Shown here in pieces: positions 49,609 through 62,276 of a DNA stretch of 64,000 nt; within the stretch, counting starts at the first letter, position 1, and every line of letters starts with the position of its first letter. Origin of the DNA: an uncultured Acidobacteriota bacterium (GTDB lineage Bacteria > Acidobacteriota > JAQAZP01). The stretch covers positions 1,760,001 to 1,824,000 of the forward strand of contig CAWIIB010000001.1 of assembly GCA_963836075.1 (NCBI GenBank), read 5' to 3'. The notes under the pieces were generated by a model that searched no databases, was not told the origin of the DNA, and worked only from the letters and a program-made list of their open reading frames with translations. A program made the translations under genes and the position numbers.

Positions 49609-50382
49609 GTGCAATCGCCGGCACATGAAATCAACAACCCAGCCCCGCTGCCGATGATGCAGGTTCGTCGACTGGTCAAGACCTACGACAACCGTCCGGC
49701 CGTGGACCACCTCGACCTGGCGCTCCAGCCCGGCGAGGTGCTGGGACTGGTGGGCCCGGAGGGTGCGGGCAAGAGCACCACGCTGAGCTGCCTGGCCGGG
49801 GTGACCCCGGCCACCGCCGGCAGCATCTCGGTGGGCGGTTTCGACCTCGCCCTCTACCCGGCGGAGGCGCGCCGGCAACTGATCTTTGTCCCCGAGGAAC
49901 CGCGGCTCTTCGAGCACCTGACCGTCTGGGACCACATGATCATCCTGGCGCGATCCAGAACGGACACCCAGTGGCTGGACCGGGCCCGGGCGCTGCTGGA
50001 GGAATTCGACCTGGGGGAACGGCTGGACGCCCTGCCCCACCACCTGGACCGTCAGCAGAAGCAGGTGCTGATGCTCGCCGCCGCCCTGCTCCACCGGCCC
50101 CGGGTGCTGATCCTCGACGAGCCGTTCAGCGGTCTCGAGCCGGAGGCGGGCCAGCGGACCAGGAAGACCATCCTGCGCATCGCCGGCGAAGGCACCGCGG
50201 TGATCTTCTCCTCCAGAGAGCTGTGCCCCCTGGAAGGGTTCTGCCAGCGGGTGGTGATCATCCACGATGGCAAAACGGTCTTTGACGGCACGCTGGACGA
50301 GATCCGCCGCGCCGCGCCGCAGTTGCGCACCCTCACCGGCCTGGACGCCATTTTCACCCACCCCCCCTCCGGCCACGCCTGA
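49609..50382 (+). CDS. ABC transporter ATP-binding protein with degenerate motifs
   Basis: GGAG RBS and GTG 49609, Walker A GPEGAGKST, Walker B LILDEP. Signature reads LDRQQKQ and the H-loop reads SSRE. Confidence 0.8.
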   Translation: MQSPAHEINNPAPLPMMQVRRLVKTYDNRPAVDHLDLALQPGEVLGLVGPEGAGKSTTLSCLAGVTPATAGSISVGGFDLALYPAEARRQLIFVPEEPRLFEHLTVWDHMIILARSRTDTQWLDRARALLEEFDLGERLDALPHHLDRQQKQVLMLAAALLHRPRVLILDEPFSGLEPEAGQRTRKTILRIAGEGTAVIFSSRELCPLEGFCQRVVIIHDGKTVFDGTLDEIRRAAPQLRTLTGLDAIFTHPPSGHA

Positions 50383-50454
50383 TTTCTTCGTGGAAAGTGC
50401 CCGAGATCGCTGCATATCCGACGTCGCAGTAGAATCCCCGTGAAACCAGCGGGC

Positions 50455-50494
50455 AAAAAAAGGGGGAAGCCGCCGCCATCAAGCGACTTCCCCT
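50455..50494 (-). terminator. Rho-independent terminator of the TonB receptor gene
   Basis: Minus strand GGGGAAGTCGC...GCGGCTTCCCC followed by a T-run. Confidence 0.75.
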
Positions 50495-50520
50495 GGAGTA
50501 TGGCGCTTACCCTCTGGAGG

Positions 50521-53188
50521 TCAGAAGGAGTATTTCAGGCCGACAACAAAGTTGCCTGCCGCTTGCCAAGCGTTTGGTGTGCCGAACGCGTCGTTGTCAT
50601 CTTCCCGGCGGGAGCCGATGAACTGATTGTTGGTCACGTTGAAGGCGTCAAGGATCACGCTCAGTTCCGTGTCGCCGATGTTGAAGTCCTTGGCCAGCCG
50701 CAGGTCGATCCACCAGAGGTGGCCCAGACGATAGGAACCGCGCGGATCCACATAGTAATCCCAGCCGTCAAAAGCGTTGGTGTTGGTGCCCGGCAGCAGG
50801 TAGTCGCCCACCTGGCCGATGCGCGAGTAAGGCCGGCCGCTGCGCCAGCCGACGCCGGCCCCGGCGATGATGCCCCAGGGCAGGTGGTAGGAGCCGTTGA
50901 GCTTGATGTAGTGCCGGTCGTCCCACGGCGCATAACCGTAACGGTTGTACCCTGCCTCGGTCATGTCGAAGGCCTCGGTTGTTCCTTCCGACTGGTTGCC
51001 GTTGGCGATGGAGCCCGTGGCCTCGGAAAGGGTGTAGACCAGCAGGAACTGGTAGTTGTTGGAGAGCCGCTTCTTCAGCTGCAGCTCGAGGCCCTTGTAG
51101 TATCTCCTCGCTCTTTCCACGTTGGTCACGTAGTACCAGACGTCGTTGGTCTCACCGGCGCGGACCTCGTCCTCGTTGCCGATGACGTCCTCGATCATGT
51201 TTTTCTGCCAGTTGTAGATGAACTTGGCCCCGGCCGAGAAATCGTTGGCGAACTCGAACTCGTAGCCGACGATGATCTCGTCCTTGAGGTTCGGGTCAAG
51301 ATTGGGATCGGCGACGTTGGTGTTCTCGTCGCCGCCGGTGATCGAGACCACCTCCCAGTTGTCGGGGTTGGTGGGGTCGTTGGGATCGTAGGTGCCGTCG
51401 TAGCGGGTGGTGACGTTGGTTCCCCGGTTGATGAACTGGCCGAGGTAGGTGCCCACCGCGTCGTAGTAACGGCCGTAGTTGGCGTATACCTTTGACCGGC
51501 CATCACCGTTGATGTCCCAGGCGACGCCCAAACGCGGGGCGATCAGGTTATTGAAGTTATATACCTGTTCGCCCACATCGTTGTCCTGGGTCTGCTTCTC
51601 GTAACGGACGCCAAGGTTGAACGACCAGTTGTCCTGCCAGGTCCAGCTGTCCTGGGCAAAGAGGGTCAGGATGTCTCCGGAATTGGTGGTGGAGAGATTG
51701 GTCTGGTTCAGCCACTGGTCGGGGAGCGGCTCCCCGGTCTGGTTGTTGATCCGGTTGATGGTGAAGGTGTTGGGGTAGATCGCCGTCCTCGGCGAACTCG
51801 AAGTTCTGGTATTCGGCCCCGAACTTGAAGTTGTGCTCTCCGGCCCAGTCGCCGCGGTAGTAGTTGAGCACCGCGGAGTACTGCTGGCGGGGACGGTTGA
51901 TGTCGGTGGTGGAATCGGTGTTGCCGTAATAAATCCGGCCCCCACCGTTCTGGTCGTCGATAATCCGGTCGTCCATCGGCGAGGCGTTGGCCGGACCGAT
52001 GGTCAGGTTCACCTCGTGGGACGCCACCCGGGTCTCGAGGAACAGGTTGGGGGTGAAGATGCTGGTCCACTGCAGTTTGTAGAGAAAGCCGCCCTGCTCC
52101 TGGATGTCGTAAGCGCTGGCCATGATGTCCGGGTCGAGGGAGTCGCGGCCGTCGATAGAAGCCGGATCGACTGAAGCCTGGCCGATGATCTTGTTGTCCG
52201 GATTGATCTGCCAGGTCAGCTTGCCCATGATCTCCTCGAAGATCTCGCTCCGCTTGACCACCTCGTCGAAATCGTTGATTCCATCGATGCGGCGGGTGAG
52301 GTTGTTGTACGAGGCGAAGAACCAGAGTTTGTCACGCAGGATCGGACCGCCGATGGACAGGCTGGGCTCGACCTGGTATTGGTCCTCCTGCTCCACCGCA
52401 ACGCGATCCGACGCCTGGTGCATGGTCATGTCGAGATTGGTGTAGTAGATGGGGACGGCGCCGTGAAACTCGTTGCCGCCCGACTTGGTCACCACGTTGG
52501 CGATGGCGCCGGTGGCCCGGCCATACTCGGCTTCGAACCCGCCGGTCTTCATTTCCACTTCCTGGATCGCCTCGTAGCTGAAGTTGAGGCCGAAGGTCCC
52601 GGTGGCATTGTCGGTGGTGTCCACGCCGTCCACCAGGTAGATGTTGTCCGAGTCGTCGGCGCCGTGGGCGTTGACATTGCCCGCACCGGCCACGCCGGCG
52701 GCCATCTGCATTGCGTCGAAGTACGTCCGCCCGGTGGGGATGTCCTCCATGAACTCGTAGGTGATGGTTTCGCTGATCCCCGACTTCCTGGCGTCGAGCA
52801 ACGGGGCTTCGGCGGTCACCGTTATCTCACCCAGGTCGCCGCTGCCCTCGGTGAGGGTGAAGTCGACACGGGTGTTGGCGCCGATGTTGACCTTGATGTC
52901 GGTCTGGATCACCGCCTGGAAGCCGTCGAGCGCAGCAGAGACCTGGTATCCGGGACCAACCGGCACCAGGGGGATACGCCAGCGGCCCTCGCCGTCGGTG
53001 ATCGCCATGCGGTCACCCTGGAGGACCGGGCCGGTTACGATTACGGTCACCCCGGGAAGGGGGACGCCGCCAGCATCGATCACCTGCCCGGACATGGTGC
53101 CGTCCTGGGTGTCGGCCAGCGCACCGGGCGCGGCCAGACTGGTGATGAACACTGCAGCAATGAGGAATCGAAGGATTTTTCTACACAT
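50521..53188 (-). CDS. TonB-dependent receptor (Oar-like, N-terminal carboxypeptidase-regulatory-like domain); one +1 frameshift near 51783
   Basis: GQVIDAGGVPLPGVTV, NIYLVDGVD, TGGFEAEYGRATG..NVVTKSGGNEFHG, APRLGVAWD, C-terminal KYSF. Removing one base joins 51557..53194 to 50521..51945 (FAEDAIYPNTF). Confidence 0.9.
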
Positions 53189-53270
53189 TGTCACCGACCT
53201 CCCAATGAAACCAAAACATGTTTGGTGAATTCTTTAAAGCTTCAGGGGCCACCTTTCTCGATGCACTGTC

Positions 53271-53293
53271 GTGCGGACCGAATCACCTCCTTT
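53271..53293 (-). promoter_or_regulatory. Extended Shine-Dalgarno-like element complementary to the 16S 3' end, in the TonB receptor leader
   Basis: Minus strand AAAGGAGGTGATTCGGTCCGCAC with no properly spaced start codon. Confidence 0.5.
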
Positions 53294-53589
53294 GCAAAGG
53301 CTCCCGGCACGTCCTACCCCCTCCTCTTCCGTTTTCACCAAACCTTCTGATCAATGACACGTGTTTGTTATTGGTATCGTGTTCTTCATTTTTCACGGCG
53401 GACCGCCGGGCTGAACGGCCCGCCGTTTTTGTGGCTATCCGGTTTGTTCTTTGCCCTTCCGATTACCAAACTTCTTCTTACTGTTTCCTATAACGTGATA
53501 GAAGCTGCGGCGATCGATCTATGTGACGACTCGGATCAAACCGGTGACGAAAGGGAAATCTGGCGGGACGGAAAGCGCGGGGCAGCGCA

Positions 53590-53619
53590 TTGACAAAGGT
53601 CTGCAACTTTACCTACTCT
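53590..53619 (+). promoter_or_regulatory. Sigma70-type promoter, probably giving a leaderless mRNA
   Basis: TTGACA-18 nt-TACTCT ending 7 nt before ATG 53627. No SD present. Confidence 0.5.
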
Positions 53620-53626
53620 CTTGGGC

Positions 53627-54862
53627 ATGGATTTCTTCACCGTCATCGCCGTGCTGATCACCCTGACCACCGTGATCAGCTTCACCAACGAGCGCTACTT
53701 CGGTCTGCCCACCCACATCGGGGTGACCATCGGCGGGCTGTTCACCTCGCTGGTGCTCATCGGTCTGGGCAGCGCCGGCTTCATCGACATGGACTGGCTG
53801 CGTTCGCTGATCGAGCCGGTGGATTTCAACAAGCTGCTGATGCACGGCATCCTCGGCGCGATGCTCTTTGCCGGGGCGCTGGAGATCAACCTCTCCGATC
53901 TCGCCGAACGGAAATGGGCCATCTCGCTGCTGGCCACTGTTGGAATTCTGATCTCCACGGTGGTGGTGGGCACGCTCACCTGGTATGCCATGCCCCTGCT
54001 GGGTCTGCAACTGCCCTACATCTACGCCCTGCTCTTCGGCGCGCTGATCTCACCCACCGACCCCATCGCCGTACTGGCCCTGCTCAAACGGGTGGGGGTG
54101 CCGAAAAACCTGGAGGTGATGATCTCCGGGGAGGCGCTGTTCAACGACGGGGTGGGGGTGGTGGTCTTCACCCTGATCTTCGGGGTGATCCAGAGCGGGC
54201 AGGAGTTCACCCTCGGGCACAGCGGGCTGCTTTTTCTCGAGGAGGCGGTGGGTGGTGCGGTCTACGGTTTCATTCTCGGCTACTTCGCCTACCTGATGCT
54301 GCGCGAGGTGGACGCCTACACGGTGGAGATCCTGGTCACCCTCTCCGTGGTCACCGGCGGCTACGCCCTGGCGGAAACGATCCATGTCTCCGGTCCCATC
54401 GCCATGGTGGTGGCCGGGCTTTTCATCGGCAACCACGGCCGGCTGCTGGCCATGTCGGAGAAGACCCGCGAACACCTGGACAATTTCTGGGTGGTGGTGG
54501 ACGAAATTCTGAACGCCCTGCTCTTCCTGCTCATCGGCCTGGAAGTGTTGATTCTCCGCTTCTCCGGCACGATCTTCCTCGCCGGTCTGGCGGCCATCGT
54601 CATCGTGCTCTTCGGCCGCTTTGTCGCGGTGAGCGGCCCGATCATCCTGCTGCGCAAGAAACGCGGCTTTCCGCCGTCCACCATCCGCATCCTCACCTGG
54701 GCCGGGATCAGGGGCGGCATCGCCATTGCCCTGGCCCTTTCCATCCCCCCCTCCCCCCACCGCAACCTGATCGTGGACATCACCTACGTGGTGGTGGTCT
54801 TCTCCCTCCTGGTCCAGGGCCTGACTGTGGAAAAGCTGGTCCGCCGCACCCTCAGGCAATAA
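53627..54862 (+). CDS. nhaP: CPA1-family Na+/H+ antiporter (NhaP-like)
   Basis: LFGALISPTDPIAV, GEALFNDG, SGPIAMVVAGL, GIRGGIAIALAL, VQGLT. Confidence 0.92.
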   Translation: MDFFTVIAVLITLTTVISFTNERYFGLPTHIGVTIGGLFTSLVLIGLGSAGFIDMDWLRSLIEPVDFNKLLMHGILGAMLFAGALEINLSDLAERKWAISLLATVGILISTVVVGTLTWYAMPLLGLQLPYIYALLFGALISPTDPIAVLALLKRVGVPKNLEVMISGEALFNDGVGVVVFTLIFGVIQSGQEFTLGHSGLLFLEEAVGGAVYGFILGYFAYLMLREVDAYTVEILVTLSVVTGGYALAETIHVSGPIAMVVAGLFIGNHGRLLAMSEKTREHLDNFWVVVDEILNALLFLLIGLEVLILRFSGTIFLAGLAAIVIVLFGRFVAVSGPIILLRKKRGFPPSTIRILTWAGIRGGIAIALALSIPPSPHRNLIVDITYVVVVFSLLVQGLTVEKLVRRTLRQ

Positions 54863-54875
54863 CTGTTTCGTTTAA

Positions 54876-57077
54876 TTACTGCAGATAGCCGAGGGCCTTG
54901 AGGTTGGCGATCTCGTCGTCGGAGAGCACCACCGGGTCGGGGTCCACCCGGGACTGGCGGGCCGCCTCGGCTTCGCGGCGGTAGGCGTCCACCCTTTGGG
55001 CCAGCGGTTCGGCAATGCCGGGGAGTGAACCGATGAGGTTGTCCCGCTCCAGGGGATCGGCTTCGATATCGAAGAGCGCTTCGCCGTGCCACGGGTCCAG
55101 ACGCAGGATGTACTTGTAGCGGCCCTCGATCAGGCTGTACAGCACATGGCCGTCCAGATTCTCTTCGGCCAGCACCTCCCCCGTGGACGGCCGGCGTCCC
55201 GCATCCAGGTCGGCGGCAAAGTTGACCCCCGCGGTGGGCGGCGCCGGCAGGCCGAGCCAGTGCAGCAGCGAGGGCATCAAATCGACCTGGCGCACCCGCT
55301 CGTCCACCACCTGGCCGGAGAGCCGGCCCCCGGGCAGGCGGATGATCAGCGGCAGTTCGATCTGTTCGCCGTAGAGTGTCCGGCCGTGACCCCAGTCCTG
55401 ATGGTCGCTGAACTCCTCACCGTGGTCCGAGGTGACCACCAGGACTGAACGGTCGTAAAACCCGCTGGCCCGCAGCCGCTCCACAAACTGACCGAACACC
55501 GCATCGTTGAAAGCGATTTCACCGTCGTAGAGATCTACCGCCTGCCGCCGGTGGCGATGGAAGTCCGGCTCGGCCAGGGTTTCCCGCTCACGCAGTGTGG
55601 GCACGTCCGCATACTGCTGGTACGGTCCGCTGTAGTCCCCGGTGAACTGCGTGTCATAAGGCGGGGGGGGCGAGTAGGGATCGTGCGGATCGATGGTGTG
55701 GACAAAGAGAAAGACCCGCTCGCCGGCATTCCGCTCCAGCCAGGCAAAGAGGTCCTCCACCAGCTCCGCGGTCATCATCCCCCGGTCCTGGTCGCTCCGC
55801 TCCACCCAGTAGCCCCACACCTCGTCGAACCCGCGGATCAGGCCCCAGTCATCGGCGTAGAAGTTGCCGTTGGACGAGAAGGCCACGGTGGTGTAGCCGT
55901 GGCTCTTCAGGTGCTGGGCCAGGGTGGCCACGTCGGGCAGCAGCCGGTCCTCGCGGCCCACCGCGCCGTGGGATGAGGGGTAGAGGCCGGTGAGCAGGGA
56001 GGCGATGGACGACTTGGTCCACGAGCTCTGGCCCGACACATGTTCGAAGCGCAGACCCTCCCCGGCCAGGGCGTCCATGTTCGGCGAGGTGTCCCGCGGA
56101 TACCCGTAACAGGAGAGATGGTCCGCGCGCATGGTGTCCACCAGCCAGATGATCAGCGGCGGTTGCGGGTCATCACCCCGGGCCGGCAGCATCCGCGGCT
56201 GGCCCCAGCCGATCTCGCCGGCGATGGGCCAGTGGGTTTCGCCCTCGAAGCGGGTGATGAAGATCAGCTCCACGTCGCTGCCGGCAAAAAGCGTCAGGTC
56301 CACCTCCGCCGACTCCATCATCACATCTTCCTGATCCTCGCCCACCCTGACCGAGCGGTGGAACACCTTCTCCTTCAGCGGCGGGCAGACGGCCATGATG
56401 TCGAAGTGCAGCACACCCTCGGGCGGCCGGGCCGGCGGCCGGCGGTAGAAGGTCTCGAAGACGAGGCGCGACCCGTCCCCGGGACGGACCTGGTAGCTGA
56501 TTCGCGTGGGCGGCATGGCCGGCAGCAAGGGGACCCGCCGCCGGCCATCCACCACCGACATTTCAGACAGCGGCAGGACCAGGCGGTTGAGCCGGACCAC
56601 CGAGGTCCGGGGCACTTCAATGGCCAGCAGGTTGTTCCGCGGCTGGAGATCGTCCCCGCCCACGGTCCAGGCATGGCTGGTGGGCCCCCGCCGCAGTTCC
56701 GGCCGGCCCAGTGTCCGGCCGTTCAGCGTCACCAGCACCTCGCAGGGCGGGTCGGCACGGAGGGTCAACTCCAGTTCGAACGGCCCGGTGCCCCAGGGGC
56801 GGTCGAAGCGCAGTACGCCCCGGCCCTGGACCGGCGTGCCGGGTCCGCCGTCCTCCAGGTCGAACCCGCTGTCCAGGTAGCGGCAGTGGCGCCAGCCAAA
56901 GTCGGTCCGCCGCCCCAGCTTCGCCCTTGCGGGGTCGAAACCGGCGATGAAATCGAAGTAGGCGCCGGCAGTGGGATCCGCATCACGGTTGACCACCGGC
57001 TCCGGACTGCAGGAGAGAAGGGCCAGGAGCAGGGATAAGATCAGAGGGATTCCGGCTGTCCGTGAGAGCGTATTCAT
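54876..57077 (-). CDS. Sulfatase-like (alkaline phosphatase superfamily) lipoprotein
   Basis: Lipobox LLSC, LVDTMRADHL, SWTKSSIASLLTGLYP, HTIDPHDPY, YDGEIAFND, TSDHGEEF, WGHG. Confidence 0.88.
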   Translation of the reverse strand: MNTLSRTAGIPLILSLLLALLSCSPEPVVNRDADPTAGAYFDFIAGFDPARAKLGRRTDFGWRHCRYLDSGFDLEDGGPGTPVQGRGVLRFDRPWGTGPFELELTLRADPPCEVLVTLNGRTLGRPELRRGPTSHAWTVGGDDLQPRNNLLAIEVPRTSVVRLNRLVLPLSEMSVVDGRRRVPLLPAMPPTRISYQVRPGDGSRLVFETFYRRPPARPPEGVLHFDIMAVCPPLKEKVFHRSVRVGEDQEDVMMESAEVDLTLFAGSDVELIFITRFEGETHWPIAGEIGWGQPRMLPARGDDPQPPLIIWLVDTMRADHLSCYGYPRDTSPNMDALAGEGLRFEHVSGQSSWTKSSIASLLTGLYPSSHGAVGREDRLLPDVATLAQHLKSHGYTTVAFSSNGNFYADDWGLIRGFDEVWGYWVERSDQDRGMMTAELVEDLFAWLERNAGERVFLFVHTIDPHDPYSPPPPYDTQFTGDYSGPYQQYADVPTLRERETLAEPDFHRHRRQAVDLYDGEIAFNDAVFGQFVERLRASGFYDRSVLVVTSDHGEEFSDHQDWGHGRTLYGEQIELPLIIRLPGGRLSGQVVDERVRQVDLMPSLLHWLGLPAPPTAGVNFAADLDAGRRPSTGEVLAEENLDGHVLYSLIEGRYKYILRLDPWHGEALFDIEADPLERDNLIGSLPGIAEPLAQRVDAYRREAEAARQSRVDPDPVVLSDDEIANLKALGYLQ

Positions 57078-57231
57078 CGACCCTGCTGTTTGAGACGGAT
57101 GGGAAGCGCTAATCGGCGCCGCGACAACTACCGCGCCAGTATAGGTGAGGCGTCAGGATGGTTCAAGACGGATGGGCGCACCAAACCCGCCATCGGCCGG
57201 CATCAGACACCGGTTCCCGAAAAATAACGGC

Positions 57232-57801
57232 TCACAGGGGCCGCTCCGGCGGTTTCGGCCCCCCGGGGAACGTATCGGGATGCGGGGGATAGCCGTGGTC
57301 CATCTCCGCCACCCGGTGTTCGCGGACCGCCACCGGCTCGGTGGTTCCGGCCCGGGGCGTGCGGATGGTGAGCACCGCCGGGCCGGCCAGGCGGACAACC
57401 CGCTCGGCCACCGAACCGTAGACCACGTGCCGCCATCCGGTGCGGCCGTGGGTGGCGATGACGATGAGGTCCACCTCCTCGTCGGCCGCCACCCGCACGA
57501 TCTGGTTGGCCGGGTCCCCCTCGGCGATCAGCGTCTTCACCGGCACCTCCTTGGGCAACCGCTCCCGTACCACCTGCCGGATCGAGCCCTCGGCATTCTC
57601 CTTGAGCACCCTCTGGTGAACGGCGACATTGAACCCGGAATGATCGCCGATCGATACCGCTGCAGTGGGGATGGGTTCCACGACGTGCACGAGGATCAGT
57701 TGGCCGGAATAGCTCCGGGCCAGGTCACAGGCTGCATCAAGGCCGGCATACGACGGTTCGCTGAAGTCGGTGGAGCAGAGTATCTTTTTGAAACTCAACA
57801 T
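57232..57801 (-). CDS. Universal stress protein
   Basis: AGGAGG RBS, KKILCSTDFSEPS, DLIVIATHGRTG..GSVAERVVR. Confidence 0.92.
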   Translation of the reverse strand: MLSFKKILCSTDFSEPSYAGLDAACDLARSYSGQLILVHVVEPIPTAAVSIGDHSGFNVAVHQRVLKENAEGSIRQVVRERLPKEVPVKTLIAEGDPANQIVRVAADEEVDLIVIATHGRTGWRHVVYGSVAERVVRLAGPAVLTIRTPRAGTTEPVAVREHRVAEMDHGYPPHPDTFPGGPKPPERPL

Positions 57802-57905
57802 CGTCCTCCTCCTTTCCAGTTCGCGAACGCCACACGGCGCCGCCCTCTCCACAGCTAAATATAGGCGCCGCAAAGGAGGGGGACAAGGAAAATAATTTTC
57901 CCGGC

Positions 57906-60002
<2,097 letters not shown>

Positions 60003-60209
60003 GCGAAACCTCCATCCTGATTCTTGTCAGCGGGTCGGCCCCTGATTCGAGGCCCCCATCGCCACCAGTTCTCCAGATTATCACATCGTTGCGCGCCTGC
60101 GCAGCACGGCCGGCGCTCCAGGCTGTTTCCGTTTCCCGGCCGCTATGCTAGACTGGTTTCCGGATTTTAAAAAACCGGAATTTCATCCGGAAAACGGAGC
60201 AAGAGATAG

Positions 60210-62276
60210 GTGTACAAAGTTGCCCTCCTGGAATCACAGGTCCTGCGTGAACTCCCGCATCTCGGTATGGCGCTGCTCCATTCCGATCTGAAGAACCGCG
60301 GGGATGTGGAGGTGCGTGCCGCCTGCGTGGGGCGGGACAATACCGCAGCCGCTCTCGACTTTCTCGAAAAAGGGCAGTTCGACATGGTGGCCATGGACTG
60401 CCGTTTCCCACTGGTCTTCCCGTCACAGATCAAGCAGCGCCTGCCCGGGTCCGCGATCGTGGTGGGGGGACTGGGCTATTACAACATGCTGACCAAGGGC
60501 CGGGCCGATTTCGCGGTCACCGGCCCGGGCCGACTGGCGCTCCGCCGTCTGATCGACACGCTCACCGGCAGGGACGGCACCCTCCTGTCCGATGTGCCCA
60601 ACCTCTTCCACTGGGTCAACCGCCCCACCAGCGGAGTGGGACCGGGAGGAGGTCCCATCGACTATTCCGGTATCGACGCCGGTTACGATCTGGAGAGCGA
60701 GCTCACGCCATTTACTCCCGATTTCGGTTTCACGCCGCTGGGCATGGAAACACAGCAGCAGCTGGCCCGGTCAATGGACACCGCCCCACCGGCGGTGGTG
60801 GCCGAATTCGGCTGCCCGCACAAGGGGTTCGCCATGGCCGATATCCTTCCTGCACCGGACCTGGAACCGGCCGAAGCGACCTTCACCAGCCGGGGCCGGG
60901 ACAAGATCATGAGCATCATGGACCAGCGCTGGAAGGGCGGTTGCTCCTTCTGCGTCTACCAGAACGCACCGATCCAGCCGGTGGCAAAAACAGTGGACCT
61001 GCTGATCTCGCAGATCGAATACCTGCAACAACACCAGGGGTTCACTTCCTTTTCCGTCCAGAGCGAGGCGCCGTTCCGCTTCCTGATTCCCCTCCTGGAA
61101 CGTCTATGCGATTCGAATCTGGAGGTACGGCACCTGCTGATCCGCGGCCGGGCCTCCTCGTTCCACCGGCAGCGGGGCACGCTGGAGAAGGCCGTGGCCC
61201 TCGCGCAGGCCGGAGACCTCACCCTGGTCAGTTGGCAGATCGGCTACGAGAGTTTCTGCCAGCCTCAGCTGGACCTCTACAACAAGGGCACCAGCGCCGA
61301 GGAAAACCTTTCGGCGCTAAAGTTCAACCGCGCGTTGGCCCGCCGGAACCCGAAACACTTCCTCGATCTGAACATCACCCACGGGATGATTCTCTGGAAC
61401 CCCTGGACCACCTTCGAGATGCTGAAAACCGATTTCAACATCATCTGTCGCCACATGCCCGAACGCCTGGTTCTCTCACCGGTGATCGGATCCACCCTCG
61501 AGTTGTTCGACCCCTTCCTCCCCCTCTATCAGAAAGCCCGTCTCGAGGGCCTGCTGCGAAAAAAGAAGTGGGAAATTGACGAATTCCGGATGGCCGACCC
61601 TTCGATGGAAGTGGTGCGCCGGGTGATCGTCAAGACGCTGGCCCGTATCGACAAGGCCCTGCCCCACGAGTTGCGGACCGACGTCGCTCTTTTCGCACCG
61701 ATCATCGCCGGTCTTTTCTCCGCCATCCTCCTCCGGCTGGAGGAGCAGTATTTCAAAACAGGCGCCCCGGACAGCGGCTGGCATGAGCTCCTGGAGCCGG
61801 AAATGATCGACGGTGAAGCCGACCGGCGGGCGGTTTCCTTCATCGCCCTGGAGGAGAAGGCAATTCGGAGCCAGTTGAACGGGCGGGTGGCTTTTGTGCA
61901 GGCCGTACGCGAAATCCACTTCTTTGCCGACCGTCTCCAGGCAAAGGGCGAAACCGAAAAGATCCCGTCCCGGTCAGGCCCCCAGGAGACCATTGAAAAA
62001 CTGGATGCACTGAAAATCAGGTTCGCCCAGCTCGCCGGTCCATGGAACTTCGAGATCAAAAATTTTGCCGAGCAGGCAATGGTCATTGACCGCAGCACGA
62101 ATAAAATGACCCCGATGGACCGGGTCATGTTCGCGTTGGTCCAGATCAAGATCCAGGGGATGGAGATGGGAGAAATCCTGGACGAGGTTCTGCGGCGCGA
62201 CAATTCCCTGGTCTGGCTCATCCTCCACCGGGCCGGACAGGCATTCGATTTCCTCGAGGCCTCCCGCGCCGCCTGA
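60210..62276 (+). CDS. Putative cobalamin-binding radical SAM protein with a split cysteine motif
   Basis: PHLGMALL..L and IVVGG (B12-domain-like), EFGCPH...GGCSFC, IGYESF...LDLYNKG, GMILWNPWTT. Confidence 0.7.
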   Translation: MYKVALLESQVLRELPHLGMALLHSDLKNRGDVEVRAACVGRDNTAAALDFLEKGQFDMVAMDCRFPLVFPSQIKQRLPGSAIVVGGLGYYNMLTKGRADFAVTGPGRLALRRLIDTLTGRDGTLLSDVPNLFHWVNRPTSGVGPGGGPIDYSGIDAGYDLESELTPFTPDFGFTPLGMETQQQLARSMDTAPPAVVAEFGCPHKGFAMADILPAPDLEPAEATFTSRGRDKIMSIMDQRWKGGCSFCVYQNAPIQPVAKTVDLLISQIEYLQQHQGFTSFSVQSEAPFRFLIPLLERLCDSNLEVRHLLIRGRASSFHRQRGTLEKAVALAQAGDLTLVSWQIGYESFCQPQLDLYNKGTSAEENLSALKFNRALARRNPKHFLDLNITHGMILWNPWTTFEMLKTDFNIICRHMPERLVLSPVIGSTLELFDPFLPLYQKARLEGLLRKKKWEIDEFRMADPSMEVVRRVIVKTLARIDKALPHELRTDVALFAPIIAGLFSAILLRLEEQYFKTGAPDSGWHELLEPEMIDGEADRRAVSFIALEEKAIRSQLNGRVAFVQAVREIHFFADRLQAKGETEKIPSRSGPQETIEKLDALKIRFAQLAGPWNFEIKNFAEQAMVIDRSTNKMTPMDRVMFALVQIKIQGMEMGEILDEVLRRDNSLVWLILHRAGQAFDFLEASRAA

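Noticed and set aside
53221-53470. 16S rRNA fragment or c-di-GMP/cobalamin riboswitch in the TonB receptor leader
   Set aside because: Similarity to 16S is limited to about 23 nt. GGGCAAA is not followed by the c-di-GMP-I architecture, and I saw no B12 box.
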